In this document: positions 22,501 through 34,456 of the stretch, piece by piece
Layout of the letters: each line of letters begins with the position of its first letter
Numbering within the stretch: position 1 is the first letter of the stretch
Source of the DNA: Naegleria gruberi
Taxonomy: Eukaryota
NCBI GenBank assembly: GCA_000004985.1
Contig: GG739040.1
Direction: 5' to 3' (one strand)
DNA: 35,450 nt
Translations under genes and position numbers: made by a program
Notes under the pieces: generated by a model
Seen by the model: the letters and a program-made list of their open reading frames with translations, nothing else
Told to the model about the DNA's origin: nothing
Databases searched by the model: none

Positions 22501-25500
22501 NNNNNNNNNNNNNNNNNNNNNNNNNNNNNNNNNNNNNNNNNNNNNNNNNNNNNNNNNNNNNNNNNNNNNNNNNNNNNNNNNNNNNNNNNNNNNNNNNNNN
22601 NNNNNNNNNNNNNNNNNNNNNNNNNNNNNNNNNNNNNNNNNNNNNNNNNNNNNNNNNNNNNNNNNNNNNNNNNNNNNNNNNNNNNNNNNNNNNNNNNNNN
22701 NNNNNNNNNNNNNNNNNNNNNNNNNNNNNNNNNNNNNNNNNNNNNNNNNNNNNNNNNNNNNNNNNNNNNNNNNNNNNNNNNNNNNNNNNNNNNNNNNNNN
22801 NNNNNNNNNNNNNNNNNNNNNNNNNNNNNNNNNNNNNNNNNNNNNNNNNNNNNNNNNNNNNNNNNNNNNNNNNNNNNNNNNNNNNNNNNNNNNNNNNNNN
22901 NNNNNNNNNNNNNNNNNNNNNNNNNNNNNNNNNNNNNNNNNNNNNNNNNNNNNNNNNNNNNNNNNNNNNNNNNNNNNNNNNNNNNNNNNNNNNNNNNNNN
23001 NNNNNNNNNNNNNNNNNNNNNNNNNNNNNNNNNNNNNNNNNNNNNNNNNNNNNNNNNNNNNNNNNNNNNNNNNNNNNNNNNNNNNNNNNNNNNNNNNNNN
23101 NNNNNNNNNNNNNNNNNNNNNNNNNNNNNNNNNNNNNNNNNNNNNNNNNNNNNNNNNNNNNNNNNNNNNNNNNNNNNNNNNNNNNNNNNNNNNNNNNNNN
23201 NNNNNNNNNNNNNNNNNNNNNNNNNNNNNNNNNNNNNNNNNNNNNNNNNNNNNNNNNNNNNNNNNNNNNNNNNNNNNNNNNNNNNNNNNNNNNNNNNNNN
23301 NNNNNNNNNNNNNNNNNNNNNNNNNNNNNNNNNNNNNNNNNNNNNNNNNNNNNNNNNNNNNNNNNNNNNNNNNNNNNNNNNNNNNNNNNNNNNNNNNNNN
23401 NNNNNNNNNNNNNNNNNNNNNNNNNNNNNNNNNNNNNNNNNNNNNNNNNNNNNNNNNNNNNNNNNNNNNNNNNNNNNNNNNNNNNNNNNNNNNNNNNNNN
23501 NNNNNNNNNNNNNNNNNNNNNNNNNNNNNNNNNNNNNNNNNNNNNNNNNNNNNNNNNNNNNNNNNNNNNNNNNNNNNNNNNNNNNNNNNNNNNNNNNNNN
23601 NNNNNNNNNNNNNNNNNNNNNNNNNNNNNNNNNNNNNNNNNNNNNNNNNNNNNNNNNNNNNNNNNNNNNNNNNNNNNNNNNNNNNNNNNNNNNNNNNNNN
23701 NNNNNNNNNNNNNNNNNNNNNNNNNNNNNNNNNNNNNNNNNNNNNNNNNNNNNNNNNNNNNNNNNNNNNNNNNNNNNNNNNNNNNNNNNNNNNNNNNNNN
23801 NNNNNNNNNNNNNNNNNNNNNNNNNNNNNNNNNNNNNNNNNNNNNNNNNNNNNNNNNNNNNNNNNNNNNNNNNNNNNNNNNNNNNNNNNNNNNNNNNNNN
23901 NNNNNNNNNNNNNNNNNNNNNNNNNNNNNNNNNNNNNNNNNNNNNNNNNNNNNNNNNNNNNNNNNNNNNNNNNNNNNNNNNNNNNNNNNNNNNNNNNNNN
24001 NNNNNNNNNNNNNNNNNNNNNNNNNNNNNNNNNNNNNNNNNNNNNNNNNNNNNNNNNNNNNNNNNNNNNNNNNNNNNNNNNNNNNNNNNNNNNNNNNNNN
24101 NNNNNNNNNNNNNNNNNNNNNNNNNNNNNNNNNNNNNNNNNNNNNNNNNNNNNNNNNNNNNNNNNNNNNNNNNNNNNNNNNNNNNNNNNNNNNNNNNNNN
24201 NNNNNNNNNNNNNNNNNNNNNNNNNNNNNNNNNNNNNNNNNNNNNNNNNNNNNNNNNNNNNNNNNNNNNNNNNNNNNNNNNNNNNNNNNNNNNNNNNNNN
24301 NNNNNNNNNNNNNNNNNNNNNNNNNNNNNNNNNNNNNNNNNNNNNNNNNNNNNNNNNNNNNNNNNNNNNNNNNNNNNNNNNNNNNNNNNNNNNNNNNNNN
24401 NNNNNNNNNNNNNNNNNNNNNNNNNNNNNNNNNNNNNNNNNNNNNNNNNNNNNNNNNNNNNNNNNNNNNNNNNNNNNNNNNNNNNNNNNNNNNNNNNNNN
24501 NNNNNNNNNNNNNNNNNNNNNNNNNNNNNNNNNNNNNNNNNNNNNNNNNNNNNNNNNNNNNNNNNNNNNNNNNNNNNNNNNNNNNNNNNNNNNNNNNNNN
24601 NNNNNNNNNNNNNNNNNNNNNNNNNNNNNNNNNNNNNNNNNNNNNNNNNNNNNNNNNNNNNNNNNNNNNNNNNNNNNNNNNNNNNNNNNNNNNNNNNNNN
24701 NNNNNNNNNNNNNNNNNNNNNNNNNNNNNNNNNNNNNNNNNNNNNNNNNNNNNNNNNNNNNNNNNNNNNNNNNNNNNNNNNNNNNNNNNNNNNNNNNNNN
24801 NNNNNNNNNNNNNNNNNNNNNNNNNNNNNNNNNNNNNNNNNNNNNNNNNNNNNNNNNNNNNNNNNNNNNNNNNNNNNNNNNNNNNNNNNNNNNNNNNNNN
24901 NNNNNNNNNNNNNNNNNNNNNNNNNNNNNNNNNNNNNNNNNNNNNNNNNNNNNNNNNNNNNNNNNNNNNNNNNNNNNNNNNNNNNNNNNNNNNNNNNNNN
25001 NNNNNNNNNNNNNNNNNNNNNNNNNNNNNNNNNNNNNNNNNNNNNNNNNNNNNNNNNNNNNNNNNNNNNNNNNNNNNNNNNNNNNNNNNNNNNNNNNNNN
25101 NNNNNNNNNNNNNNNNNNNNNNNNNNNNNNNNNNNNNNNNNNNNNNNNNNNNNNNNNNNNNNNNNNNNNNNNNNNNNNNNNNNNNNNNNNNNNNNNNNNN
25201 NNNNNNNNNNNNNNNNNNNNNNNNNNNNNNNNNNNNNNNNNNNNNNNNNNNNNNNNNNNNNNNNNNNNNNNNNNNNNNNNNNNNNNNNNNNNNNNNNNNN
25301 NNNNNNNNNNNNNNNNNNNNNNNNNNNNNNNNNNNNNNNNNNNNNNNNNNNNNNNNNNNNNNNNNNNNNNNNNNNNNNNNNNNNNNNNNNNNNNNNNNNN
25401 NNNNNNNNNNNNNNNNNNNNNNNNNNNNNNNNNNNNNNNNNNNNNNNNNNNNNNNNNNNNNNNNNNNNNNNNNNNNNNNNNNNNNNNNNNNNNNNNNNNN

Positions 25501-28500
25501 NNNNNNNNNNNNNNNNNNNNNNNNNNNNNNNNNNNNNNNNNNNNNNNNNNNNNNNNNNNNNNNNNNNNNNNNNNNNNNNNNNNNNNNNNNNNNNNNNNNN
25601 NNNNNNNNNNNNNNNNNNNNNNNNNNNNNNNNNNNNNNNNNNNNNNNNNNNNNNNNNNNNNNNNNNNNNNNNNNNNNNNNNNNNNNNNNNNNNNNNNNNN
25701 NNNNNNNNNNNNNNNNNNNNNNNNNNNNNNNNNNNNNNNNNNNNNNNNNNNNNNNNNNNNNNNNNNNNNNNNNNNNNNNNNNNNNNNNNNNNNNNNNNNN
25801 NNNNNNNNNNNNNNNNNNNNNNNNNNNNNNNNNNNNNNNNNNNNNNNNNNNNNNNNNNNNNNNNNNNNNNNNNNNNNNNNNNNNNNNNNNNNNNNNNNNN
25901 NNNNNNNNNNNNNNNNNNNNNNNNNNNNNNNNNNNNNNNNNNNNNNNNNNNNNNNNNNNNNNNNNNNNNNNNNNNNNNNNNNNNNNNNNNNNNNNNNNNN
26001 NNNNNNNNNNNNNNNNNNNNNNNNNNNNNNNNNNNNNNNNNNNNNNNNNNNNNNNNNNNNNNNNNNNNNNNNNNNNNNNNNNNNNNNNNNNNNNNNNNNN
26101 NNNNNNNNNNNNNNNNNNNNNNNNNNNNNNNNNNNNNNNNNNNNNNNNNNNNNNNNNNNNNNNNNNNNNNNNNNNNNNNNNNNNNNNNNNNNNNNNNNNN
26201 NNNNNNNNNNNNNNNNNNNNNNNNNNNNNNNNNNNNNNNNNNNNNNNNNNNNNNNNNNNNNNNNNNNNNNNNNNNNNNNNNNNNNNNNNNNNNNNNNNNN
26301 NNNNNNNNNNNNNNNNNNNNNNNNNNNNNNNNNNNNNNNNNNNNNNNNNNNNNNNNNNNNNNNNNNNNNNNNNNNNNNNNNNNNNNNNNNNNNNNNNNNN
26401 NNNNNNNNNNNNNNNNNNNNNNNNNNNNNNNNNNNNNNNNNNNNNNNNNNNNNNNNNNNNNNNNNNNNNNNNNNNNNNNNNNNNNNNNNNNNNNNNNNNN
26501 NNNNNNNNNNNNNNNNNNNNNNNNNNNNNNNNNNNNNNNNNNNNNNNNNNNNNNNNNNNNNNNNNNNNNNNNNNNNNNNNNNNNNNNNNNNNNNNNNNNN
26601 NNNNNNNNNNNNNNNNNNNNNNNNNNNNNNNNNNNNNNNNNNNNNNNNNNNNNNNNNNNNNNNNNNNNNNNNNNNNNNNNNNNNNNNNNNNNNNNNNNNN
26701 NNNNNNNNNNNNNNNNNNNNNNNNNNNNNNNNNNNNNNNNNNNNNNNNNNNNNNNNNNNNNNNNNNNNNNNNNNNNNNNNNNNNNNNNNNNNNNNNNNNN
26801 NNNNNNNNNNNNNNNNNNNNNNNNNNNNNNNNNNNNNNNNNNNNNNNNNNNNNNNNNNNNNNNNNNNNNNNNNNNNNNNNNNNNNNNNNNNNNNNNNNNN
26901 NNNNNNNNNNNNNNNNNNNNNNNNNNNNNNNNNNNNNNNNNNNNNNNNNNNNNNNNNNNNNNNNNNNNNNNNNNNNNNNNNNNNNNNNNNNNNNNNNNNN
27001 NNNNNNNNNNNNNNNNNNNNNNNNNNNNNNNNNNNNNNNNNNNNNNNNNNNNNNNNNNNNNNNNNNNNNNNNNNNNNNNNNNNNNNNNNNNNNNNNNNNN
27101 NNNNNNNNNNNNNNNNNNNNNNNNNNNNNNNNNNNNNNNNNNNNNNNNNNNNNNNNNNNNNNNNNNNNNNNNNNNNNNNNNNNNNNNNNNNNNNNNNNNN
27201 NNNNNNNNNNNNNNNNNNNNNNNNNNNNNNNNNNNNNNNNNNNNNNNNNNNNNNNNNNNNNNNNNNNNNNNNNNNNNNNNNNNNNNNNNNNNNNNNNNNN
27301 NNNNNNNNNNNNNNNNNNNNNNNNNNNNNNNNNNNNNNNNNNNNNNNNNNNNNNNNNNNNNNNNNNNNNNNNNNNNNNNNNNNNNNNNNNNNNNNNNNNN
27401 NNNNNNNNNNNNNNNNNNNNNNNNNNNNNNNNNNNNNNNNNNNNNNNNNNNNNNNNNNNNNNNNNNNNNNNNNNNNNNNNNNNNNNNNNNNNNNNNNNNN
27501 NNNNNNNNNNNNNNNNNNNNNNNNNNNNNNNNNNNNNNNNNNNNNNNNNNNNNNNNNNNNNNNNNNNNNNNNNNNNNNNNNNNNNNNNNNNNNNNNNNNN
27601 NNNNNNNNNNNNNNNNNNNNNNNNNNNNNNNNNNNNNNNNNNNNNNNNNNNNNNNNNNNNNNNNNNNNNNNNNNNNNNNNNNNNNNNNNNNNNNNNNNNN
27701 NNNNNNNNNNNNNNNNNNNNNNNNNNNNNNNNNNNNNNNNNNNNNNNNNNNNNNNNNNNNNNNNNNNNNNNNNNNNNNNNNNNNNNNNNNNNNNNNNNNN
27801 NNNNNNNNNNNNNNNNNNNNNNNNNNNNNNNNNNNNNNNNNNNNNNNNNNNNNNNNNNNNNNNNNNNNNNNNNNNNNNNNNNNNNNNNNNNNNNNNNNNN
27901 NNNNNNNNNNNNNNNNNNNNNNNNNNNNNNNNNNNNNNNNNNNNNNNNNNNNNNNNNNNNNNNNNNNNNNNNNNNNNNNNNNNNNNNNNNNNNNNNNNNN
28001 NNNNNNNNNNNNNNNNNNNNNNNNNNNNNNNNNNNNNNNNNNNNNNNNNNNNNNNNNNNNNNNNNNNNNNNNNNNNNNNNNNNNNNNNNNNNNNNNNNNN
28101 NNNNNNNNNNNNNNNNNNNNNNNNNNNNNNNNNNNNNNNNNNNNNNNNNNNNNNNNNNNNNNNNNNNNNNNNNNNNNNNNNNNNNNNNNNNNNNNNNNNN
28201 NNNNNNNNNNNNNNNNNNNNNNNNNNNNNNNNNNNNNNNNNNNNNNNNNNNNNNNNNNNNNNNNNNNNNNNNNNNNNNNNNNNNNNNNNNNNNNNNNNNN
28301 NNNNNNNNNNNNNNNNNNNNNNNNNNNNNNNNNNNNNNNNNNNNNNNNNNNNNNNNNNNNNNNNNNNNNNNNNNNNNNNNNNNNNNNNNNNNNNNNNNNN
28401 NNNNNNNNNNNNNNNNNNNNNNNNNNNNNNNNNNNNNNNNNNNNNNNNNNNNNNNNNNNNNNNNNNNNNNNNNNNNNNNNNNNNNNNNNNNNNNNNNNNN

Positions 28501-31500
28501 NNNNNNNNNNNNNNNNNNNNNNNNNNNNNNNNNNNNNNNNNNNNNNNNNNNNNNNNNNNNNNNNNNNNNNNNNNNNNNNNNNNNNNNNNNNNNNNNNNNN
28601 NNNNNNNNNNNNNNNNNNNNNNNNNNNNNNNNNNNNNNNNNNNNNNNNNNNNNNNNNNNNNNNNNNNNNNNNNNNNNNNNNNNNNNNNNNNNNNNNNNNN
28701 NNNNNNNNNNNNNNNNNNNNNNNNNNNNNNNNNNNNNNNNNNNNNNNNNNNNNNNNNNNNNNNNNNNNNNNNNNNNNNNNNNNNNNNNNNNNNNNNNNNN
28801 NNNNNNNNNNNNNNNNNNNNNNNNNNNNNNNNNNNNNNNNNNNNNNNNNNNNNNNNNNNNNNNNNNNNNNNNNNNNNNNNNNNNNNNNNNNNNNNNNNNN
28901 NNNNNNNNNNNNNNNNNNNNNNNNNNNNNNNNNNNNNNNNNNNNNNNNNNNNNNNNNNNNNNNNNNNNNNNNNNNNNNNNNNNNNNNNNNNNNNNNNNNN
29001 NNNNNNNNNNNNNNNNNNNNNNNNNNNNNNNNNNNNNNNNNNNNNNNNNNNNNNNNNNNNNNNNNNNNNNNNNNNNNNNNNNNNNNNNNNNNNNNNNNNN
29101 NNNNNNNNNNNNNNNNNNNNNNNNNNNNNNNNNNNNNNNNNNNNNNNNNNNNNNNNNNNNNNNNNNNNNNNNNNNNNNNNNNNNNNNNNNNNNNNNNNNN
29201 NNNNNNNNNNNNNNNNNNNNNNNNNNNNNNNNNNNNNNNNNNNNNNNNNNNNNNNNNNNNNNNNNNNNNNNNNNNNNNNNNNNNNNNNNNNNNNNNNNNN
29301 NNNNNNNNNNNNNNNNNNNNNNNNNNNNNNNNNNNNNNNNNNNNNNNNNNNNNNNNNNNNNNNNNNNNNNNNNNNNNNNNNNNNNNNNNNNNNNNNNNNN
29401 NNNNNNNNNNNNNNNNNNNNNNNNNNNNNNNNNNNNNNNNNNNNNNNNNNNNNNNNNNNNNNNNNNNNNNNNNNNNNNNNNNNNNNNNNNNNNNNNNNNN
29501 NNNNNNNNNNNNNNNNNNNNNNNNNNNNNNNNNNNNNNNNNNNNNNNNNNNNNNNNNNNNNNNNNNNNNNNNNNNNNNNNNNNNNNNNNNNNNNNNNNNN
29601 NNNNNNNNNNNNNNNNNNNNNNNNNNNNNNNNNNNNNNNNNNNNNNNNNNNNNNNNNNNNNNNNNNNNNNNNNNNNNNNNNNNNNNNNNNNNNNNNNNNN
29701 NNNNNNNNNNNNNNNNNNNNNNNNNNNNNNNNNNNNNNNNNNNNNNNNNNNNNNNNNNNNNNNNNNNNNNNNNNNNNNNNNNNNNNNNNNNNNNNNNNNN
29801 NNNNNNNNNNNNNNNNNNNNNNNNNNNNNNNNNNNNNNNNNNNNNNNNNNNNNNNNNNNNNNNNNNNNNNNNNNNNNNNNNNNNNNNNNNNNNNNNNNNN
29901 NNNNNNNNNNNNNNNNNNNNNNNNNNNNNNNNNNNNNNNNNNNNNNNNNNNNNNNNNNNNNNNNNNNNNNNNNNNNNNNNNNNNNNNNNNNNNNNNNNNN
30001 NNNNNNNNNNNNNNNNNNNNNNNNNNNNNNNNNNNNNNNNNNNNNNNNNNNNNNNNNNNNNNNNNNNNNNNNNNNNNNNNNNNNNNNNNNNNNNNNNNNN
30101 NNNNNNNNNNNNNNNNNNNNNNNNNNNNNNNNNNNNNNNNNNNNNNNNNNNNNNNNNNNNNNNNNNNNNNNNNNNNNNNNNNNNNNNNNNNNNNNNNNNN
30201 NNNNNNNNNNNNNNNNNNNNNNNNNNNNNNNNNNNNNNNNNNNNNNNNNNNNNNNNNNNNNNNNNNNNNNNNNNNNNNNNNNNNNNNNNNNNNNNNNNNN
30301 NNNNNNNNNNNNNNNNNNNNNNNNNNNNNNNNNNNNNNNNNNNNNNNNNNNNNNNNNNNNNNNNNNNNNNNNNNNNNNNNNNNNNNNNNNNNNNNNNNNN
30401 NNNNNNNNNNNNNNNNNNNNNNNNNNNNNNNNNNNNNNNNNNNNNNNNNNNNNNNNNNNNNNNNNNNNNNNNNNNNNNNNNNNNNNNNNNNNNNNNNNNN
30501 NNNNNNNNNNNNNNNNNNNNNNNNNNNNNNNNNNNNNNNNNNNNNNNNNNNNNNNNNNNNNNNNNNNNNNNNNNNNNNNNNNNNNNNNNNNNNNNNNNNN
30601 NNNNNNNNNNNNNNNNNNNNNNNNNNNNNNNNNNNNNNNNNNNNNNNNNNNNNNNNNNNNNNNNNNNNNNNNNNNNNNNNNNNNNNNNNNNNNNNNNNNN
30701 NNNNNNNNNNNNNNNNNNNNNNNNNNNNNNNNNNNNNNNNNNNNNNNNNNNNNNNNNNNNNNNNNNNNNNNNNNNNNNNNNNNNNNNNNNNNNNNNNNNN
30801 NNNNNNNNNNNNNNNNNNNNNNNNNNNNNNNNNNNNNNNNNNNNNNNNNNNNNNNNNNNNNNNNNNNNNNNNNNNNNNNNNNNNNNNNNNNNNNNNNNNN
30901 NNNNNNNNNNNNNNNNNNNNNNNNNNNNNNNNNNNNNNNNNNNNNNNNNNNNNNNNNNNNNNNNNNNNNNNNNNNNNNNNNNNNNNNNNNNNNNNNNNNN
31001 NNNNNNNNNNNNNNNNNNNNNNNNNNNNNNNNNNNNNNNNNNNNNNNNNNNNNNNNNNNNNNNNNNNNNNNNNNNNNNNNNNNNNNNNNNNNNNNNNNNN
31101 NNNNNNNNNNNNNNNNNNNNNNNNNNNNNNNNNNNNNNNNNNNNNNNNNNNNNNNNNNNNNNNNNNNNNNNNNNNNNNNNNNNNNNNNNNNNNNNNNNNN
31201 NNNNNNNNNNNNNNNNNNNNNNNNNNNNNNNNNNNNNNNNNNNNNNNNNNNNNNNNNNNNNNNNNNNNNNNNNNNNNNNNNNNNNNNNNNNNNNNNNNNN
31301 NNNNNNNNNNNNNNNNNNNNNNNNNNNNNNNNNNNNNNNNNNNNNNNNNNNNNNNNNNNNNNNNNNNNNNNNNNNNNNNNNNNNNNNNNNNNNNNNNNNN
31401 NNNNNNNNNNNNNNNNNNNNNNNNNNNNNNNNNNNNNNNNNNNNNNNNNNNNNNNNNNNNNNNNNNNNNNNNNNNNNNNNNNNNNNNNNNNNNNNNNNNN

Positions 31501-33569
31501 NNNNNNNNNNNNNNNNNNNNNNNNNNNNNNNNNNNNNNNNNNNNNNNNNNNNNNNNNNNNNNNNNNNNNNNNNNNNNNNNNNNNNNNNNNNNNNNNNNNN
31601 NNNNNNNNNNNNNNNNNNNNNNNNNNNNNNNNNNNNNNNNNNNNNNNNNNNNNNNNNNNNNNNNNNNNNNNNNNNNNNNNNNNNNNNNNNNNNNNNNNNN
31701 NNNNNNNNNNNNNNNNNNNNNNNNNNNNNNNNNNNNNNNNNNNNNNNNNNNNNNNNNNNNNNNNNNNNNNNNNNNNNNNNNNNNNNNNNNNNNNNNNNNN
31801 NNNNNNNNNNNNNNNNNNNNNNNNNNNNNNNNNNNNNNNNNNNNNNNNNNNNNNNNNNNNNNNNNNNNNNNNNNNNNNNNNNNNNNNNNNNNNNNNNNNN
31901 NNNNNNNNNNNNNNNNNNNNNNNNNNNNNNNNNNNNNNNNNNNNNNNNNNNNNNNNNNNNNNNNNNNNNNNNNNNNNNNNNNNNNNNNNNNNNNNNNNNN
32001 NNNNNNNNNNNNNNNNNNNNNNNNNNNNNNNNNNNNNNNNNNNNNNNNNNNNNNNNNNNNNNNNNNNNNNNNNNNNNNNNNNNNNNNNNNNNNNNNNNNN
32101 NNNNNNNNNNNNNNNNNNNNNNNNNNNNNNNNNNNNNNNNNNNNNNNNNNNNNNNNNNNNNNNNNNNNNNNNNNNNNNNNNNNNNNNNNNNNNNNNNNNN
32201 NNNNNNNNNNNNNNNNNNNNNNNNNNNNNNNNNNNNNNNNNNNNNNNNNNNNNNNNNNNNNNNNNNNNNNNNNNNNNNNNNNNNNNNNNNNNNNNNNNNN
32301 NNNNNNNNNNNNNNNNNNNNNNNNNNNNNNNNNNNNNNNNNNNNNNNNNNNNNNNNNNNNNNNNNNNNNNNNNNNNNNNNNNNNNNNNNNNNNNNNNNNN
32401 NNNNNNNNNNNNNNNNNNNNNNNNNNNNNNNNNNNNNNNNNNNNNNNNNNNNNNNNNNNNNNNNNNNNNNNNNNNNNNNNNNNNNNNNNNNNNNNNNNNN
32501 NNNNNNNNNNNNNNNNNNNNNNNNNNNNNNNNNNNNNNNNNNNNNNNNNNNNNNNNNNNNNNNNNNNNNNNNNNNNNNNNNNNNNNNNNNNNNNNNNNNN
32601 NNNNNNNNNNNNNNNNNNNNNNNNNNNNNNNNNNNNNNNNNNNNNNNNNNNNNNNNNNNNNNNNNNNNNNNNNNNNNNNNNNNNNNNNNNNNNNNNNNNN
32701 NNNNNNNNNNNNNNNNNNNNNNNNNNNNNNNNNNNNNNNNNNNNNNNNNNNNNNNNNNNNNNNNNNNNNNNNNNNNNNNNNNNNNNNNNNNNNNNNNNNN
32801 NNNNNNNNNNNNNNNNNNNNNNNNNNNNNNNNNNNNNNNNNNNNNNNNNNNNNNNNNNNNNNNNNNNNNNNNNNNNNNNNNNNNNNNNNNNNNNNNNNNN
32901 NNNNNNNNNNNNNNNNNNNNNNNNNNNNNNNNNNNNNNNNNNNNNNNNNNNNNNNNNNNNNNNNNNNNNNNNNNNNNNNNNNNNNNNNNNNNNNNNNNNN
33001 NNNNNNNNNNNNNNNNNNNNNNNNNNNNNNNNNNNNNNNNNNNNNNNNNNNNNNNNNNNNNNNNNNNNNNNNNNNNNNNNNNNNNNNNNNNNNNNNNNNN
33101 NNNNNNNNNNNNNNNNNNNNNNNNNNNNNNNNNNNNNNNNNNNNNNNNNNNNNNNNNNNNNNNNNNNNNNNNNNNNNNNNNNNNNNNNNNNNNNNNNNNN
33201 NNNNNNNNNNNNNNNNNNNNNNNNNNNNNNNNNNNNNNNNNNNNNNNNNNNNNNNNNNNNNNNNNNNNNNNNNNNNNNNNNNNNNNNNNNNNNNNNNNNN
33301 NNNNNNNNNNNNNNNNNNNNNNNNNNNNNNNNNNNNNNNNNNNNNNNNNNNNNNNNNNNNNNNNNNNNNNNNNNNNNNNNNNNNNNNNNNNNNNNNNNNN
33401 NNNNNNNNNNNNNNNNNNNNNNNNNNNNNNNNNNNNNNNNNNNNNNNNNNNNNNNNNNNNNNNNNNNNNNNNNNNNNNNNNNNNNNNNNNNNNNNNNNNN
33501 NNNNNNNNNNNNNNNNNNNNNNNNNNNNNNNNNNNNNNNNNNNNNNNNNNNNNNNNNNNNNNNNNNNNN
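7507..33569. other. hard-masked block / assembly gap (26063 N)
   Basis: An uninterrupted run of n. Confidence 0.99.
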
Positions 33570-33723
33570 GATTTTGGATTTTCGTGATGATCATTGTGAT
33601 GTGTTGGGAATTAGATATGCATCTTCATTGAATTATAACCGGATACTTTTGGAAATCAATGGAAGAAATTGTTGGAGAGATGAGGAATTTAATGCTGATT
33701 GTAAAGGATGGCATGTTTTATGA
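33570..33723 (+). CDS. C-terminal 50 codons of a frame-1 ORF emerging from the masked block (..ILDFRDDHCDVLGIRYASSLNYNRILLEINGRNCWRDEEFNADCKGWHVL, stop TGA 33721-33723)
   Basis: The frame is open from the mask edge. It overlaps the frame-2 ORF starting at ATG 33659 by 65 nt, so the two may be one gene joined by a +1 shift or indel. I see no homology. Confidence 0.3.
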
Positions 33724-34090
33724 AATATTGACTGATTCGAAGATTCCTGCCATTCAATTGTTTTGGGAAACGTTGTTTCACATTCTCAGAGATAGTCCAA
33801 TAATTATGGGCAGTATGAAATGTAAGAGATTTTACAATTTGGAGCTACCAATAGTTTCTGATCATATTCTGAGGAATATTATTGTGCATGTGATGAGGGC
33901 AGTTCAAGAACCAGTTTGGTTTTTGGAAATGATTGTCAATTCGGATAGAAAAAGGAGGGAAACTGTTCATTGTTTGGGATTTGAAGCGTATGTGAAACAT
34001 GTGCAAATTACGAATGGAAACCATGATCTGTATTCTGCCATTGTTGAGGAAAAGAAAGACTGGACTAGTTTGGTATCTCAAAAGGAGTGA
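33659..34090 (+). CDS. hypothetical protein segment A (143 codons), frame 2, ends at TGA 34088-34090
   Basis: Long ORF in AT-rich DNA, with an upstream in-frame TGA at 33629. Segments B and C follow in the same frame. Confidence 0.4.
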   Translation: MEEIVGEMRNLMLIVKDGMFYEILTDSKIPAIQLFWETLFHILRDSPIIMGSMKCKRFYNLELPIVSDHILRNIIVHVMRAVQEPVWFLEMIVNSDRKRRETVHCLGFEAYVKHVQITNGNHDLYSAIVEEKKDWTSLVSQKE

Positions 34091-34096
34091 CGATTC

Positions 34097-34450
34097 TTGA
34101 AATTTCTATCCGAATCAATGGATAGTTATCCAATGATTATGAAAGAATCAATCTATTCGGATTTTATTAATTCACAATTTCAAAGAGATTATGACAATGT
34201 CACCAAGTACAGTATTGATCTAGCTCAATTTCTCTACCTTAAACGAAATATTCCTATTAATCCAAATCAATCTGAACATTTATTTTCATTACTGGCAGCC
34301 ACACCTCTATTCAAACAAATATTTGACAAGCAATTGGAACAAGGGACCGATAGGAGAGTTTTTATAGATCAAATTTTCTTAAGAGAGTCAATTCTGACAT
34401 CTTTTATTTTAAATATGAACTTGGACATTTTGGAAATGTGTTATGAATAA
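34097..34450 (+). CDS. hypothetical protein segment B (117 codons), same frame as A, ends at TAA 34448-34450 then CAA TGA
   Basis: It starts 6 nt after the stop of A in the identical frame. That is too close to be an independent eukaryotic gene, so it is a continuation of A (via intron or read-through) or part of a pseudogene. Confidence 0.35.
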   Translation: MKFLSESMDSYPMIMKESIYSDFINSQFQRDYDNVTKYSIDLAQFLYLKRNIPINPNQSEHLFSLLAATPLFKQIFDKQLEQGTDRRVFIDQIFLRESILTSFILNMNLDILEMCYE

Positions 34451-34456
34451 CAATGA

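Noticed and set aside
7486-33723. 8702-aa (minus) and 8743-aa (plus) ORFs in the supplied track
   Set aside because: Same artefact: no real sequence supports their length. Only the termini at 7486-7506, 33570-33594 and 33570-33723 are interpretable.
33845-34081. 78-aa minus-strand ORF
   Set aside because: Antisense shadow inside the frame-2 plus-strand ORF (segment A).
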